Source of the DNA: Hemitrygon akajei
Taxonomy: Eukaryota
Direction: 5' to 3'
Assembly: GCF_048418815.1 (NCBI RefSeq)
Contig: NC_133154.1
Location: 388,043 to 452,042, forward strand
Length of the DNA: 64,000 bases
Shown: piece after piece, positions 63,701 through 64,000 of the stretch
How the letters are laid out: each line of letters starts with the position of its first letter
Numbering within the stretch: the first letter of the stretch is position 1
The notes under the pieces: generated by a model
The model's database searches: none
Told to the model about the DNA's origin: nothing
Seen by the model: the letters and a program-made list of their open reading frames with translations, nothing else
Program-made: the position numbers and the translations under genes

Positions 63701-64000
63701 GTTAAGCTGATTCAGTTGCTTGGCATTCAAGATGAGGTATGGCCAGAAGTCAACAAATTAGAGAGTACAGGGGAGATTTACTAGAATGTTGCTGGGGTTT
63801 CAGCACCTAAGTTACAGAGAAAGGTTGAACAAGTTAGGTCTTTATTCTTTGGAGCGTAGAAGGTTGGGGGACTTGATAGAGGTATTTAAAATTATGAGGG
63901 GATAGATAGAGTTGACATGGATAGGCTTTTTCCATTGAGAGTAGGGGAAATTCAAATAAGAGGACACGAGTTGAGAGTTAACCATATAACCATTACAGCA
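60720..64000 (+). mobile_element. CR1-like elements
   Basis: Two tandem 3' tails lie at 60720..61500. A 5' portion follows with the ORF1 esterase, APE and RT start, and runs off the end of the window. Motifs include RLRGDLTEGYKT.RGTDRV, VISGLLP and KSPGPEKMIP. Confidence 0.65.

Overview
This is vertebrate nuclear DNA, almost saturated with interspersed repeats. The repeat mix points to a cartilaginous fish, but that is inference only. Most of the 64 kb is nested, mostly 5'-truncated CR1-like LINE fragments in both orientations. The CR1 copies include ORF1 with an SGNH-esterase domain, an APE endonuclease, and an RT carrying the YLDFQKAFDKVPH and FADDTK motifs. A second LINE family has an RT motif LTSV.MKCFERLV and a conserved C-terminal tail. 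The window also holds two Tc1-like DNA transposons with TA target-site duplications, one hAT copy with a 144-bp MITE derivative, and two 5'-truncated L1-like elements. Two 5'-truncated Penelope-like element 3' ends carry GIY-YIG domains and minimal hammerhead-ribozyme motifs. There are tRNA-related SINEs, two new non-autonomous TIR elements, and two minisatellites. The six-frame ORF track does not reveal one real gene. The 3' half of a kinesin gene is split into at least 8 minus-strand exons between 58716 and 30228. I identify it as KIF22 (Kid) from the motor-domain C-terminus and the unique C-terminal helix-hairpin-helix domain. Its introns carry most of the transposons. A CpG island at 16.1-17.3 kb has strong splice donors on both strands. 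It may be a bidirectional promoter of neighbouring genes that I could not identify. There are no rRNA or tRNA genes and no CRISPR arrays.
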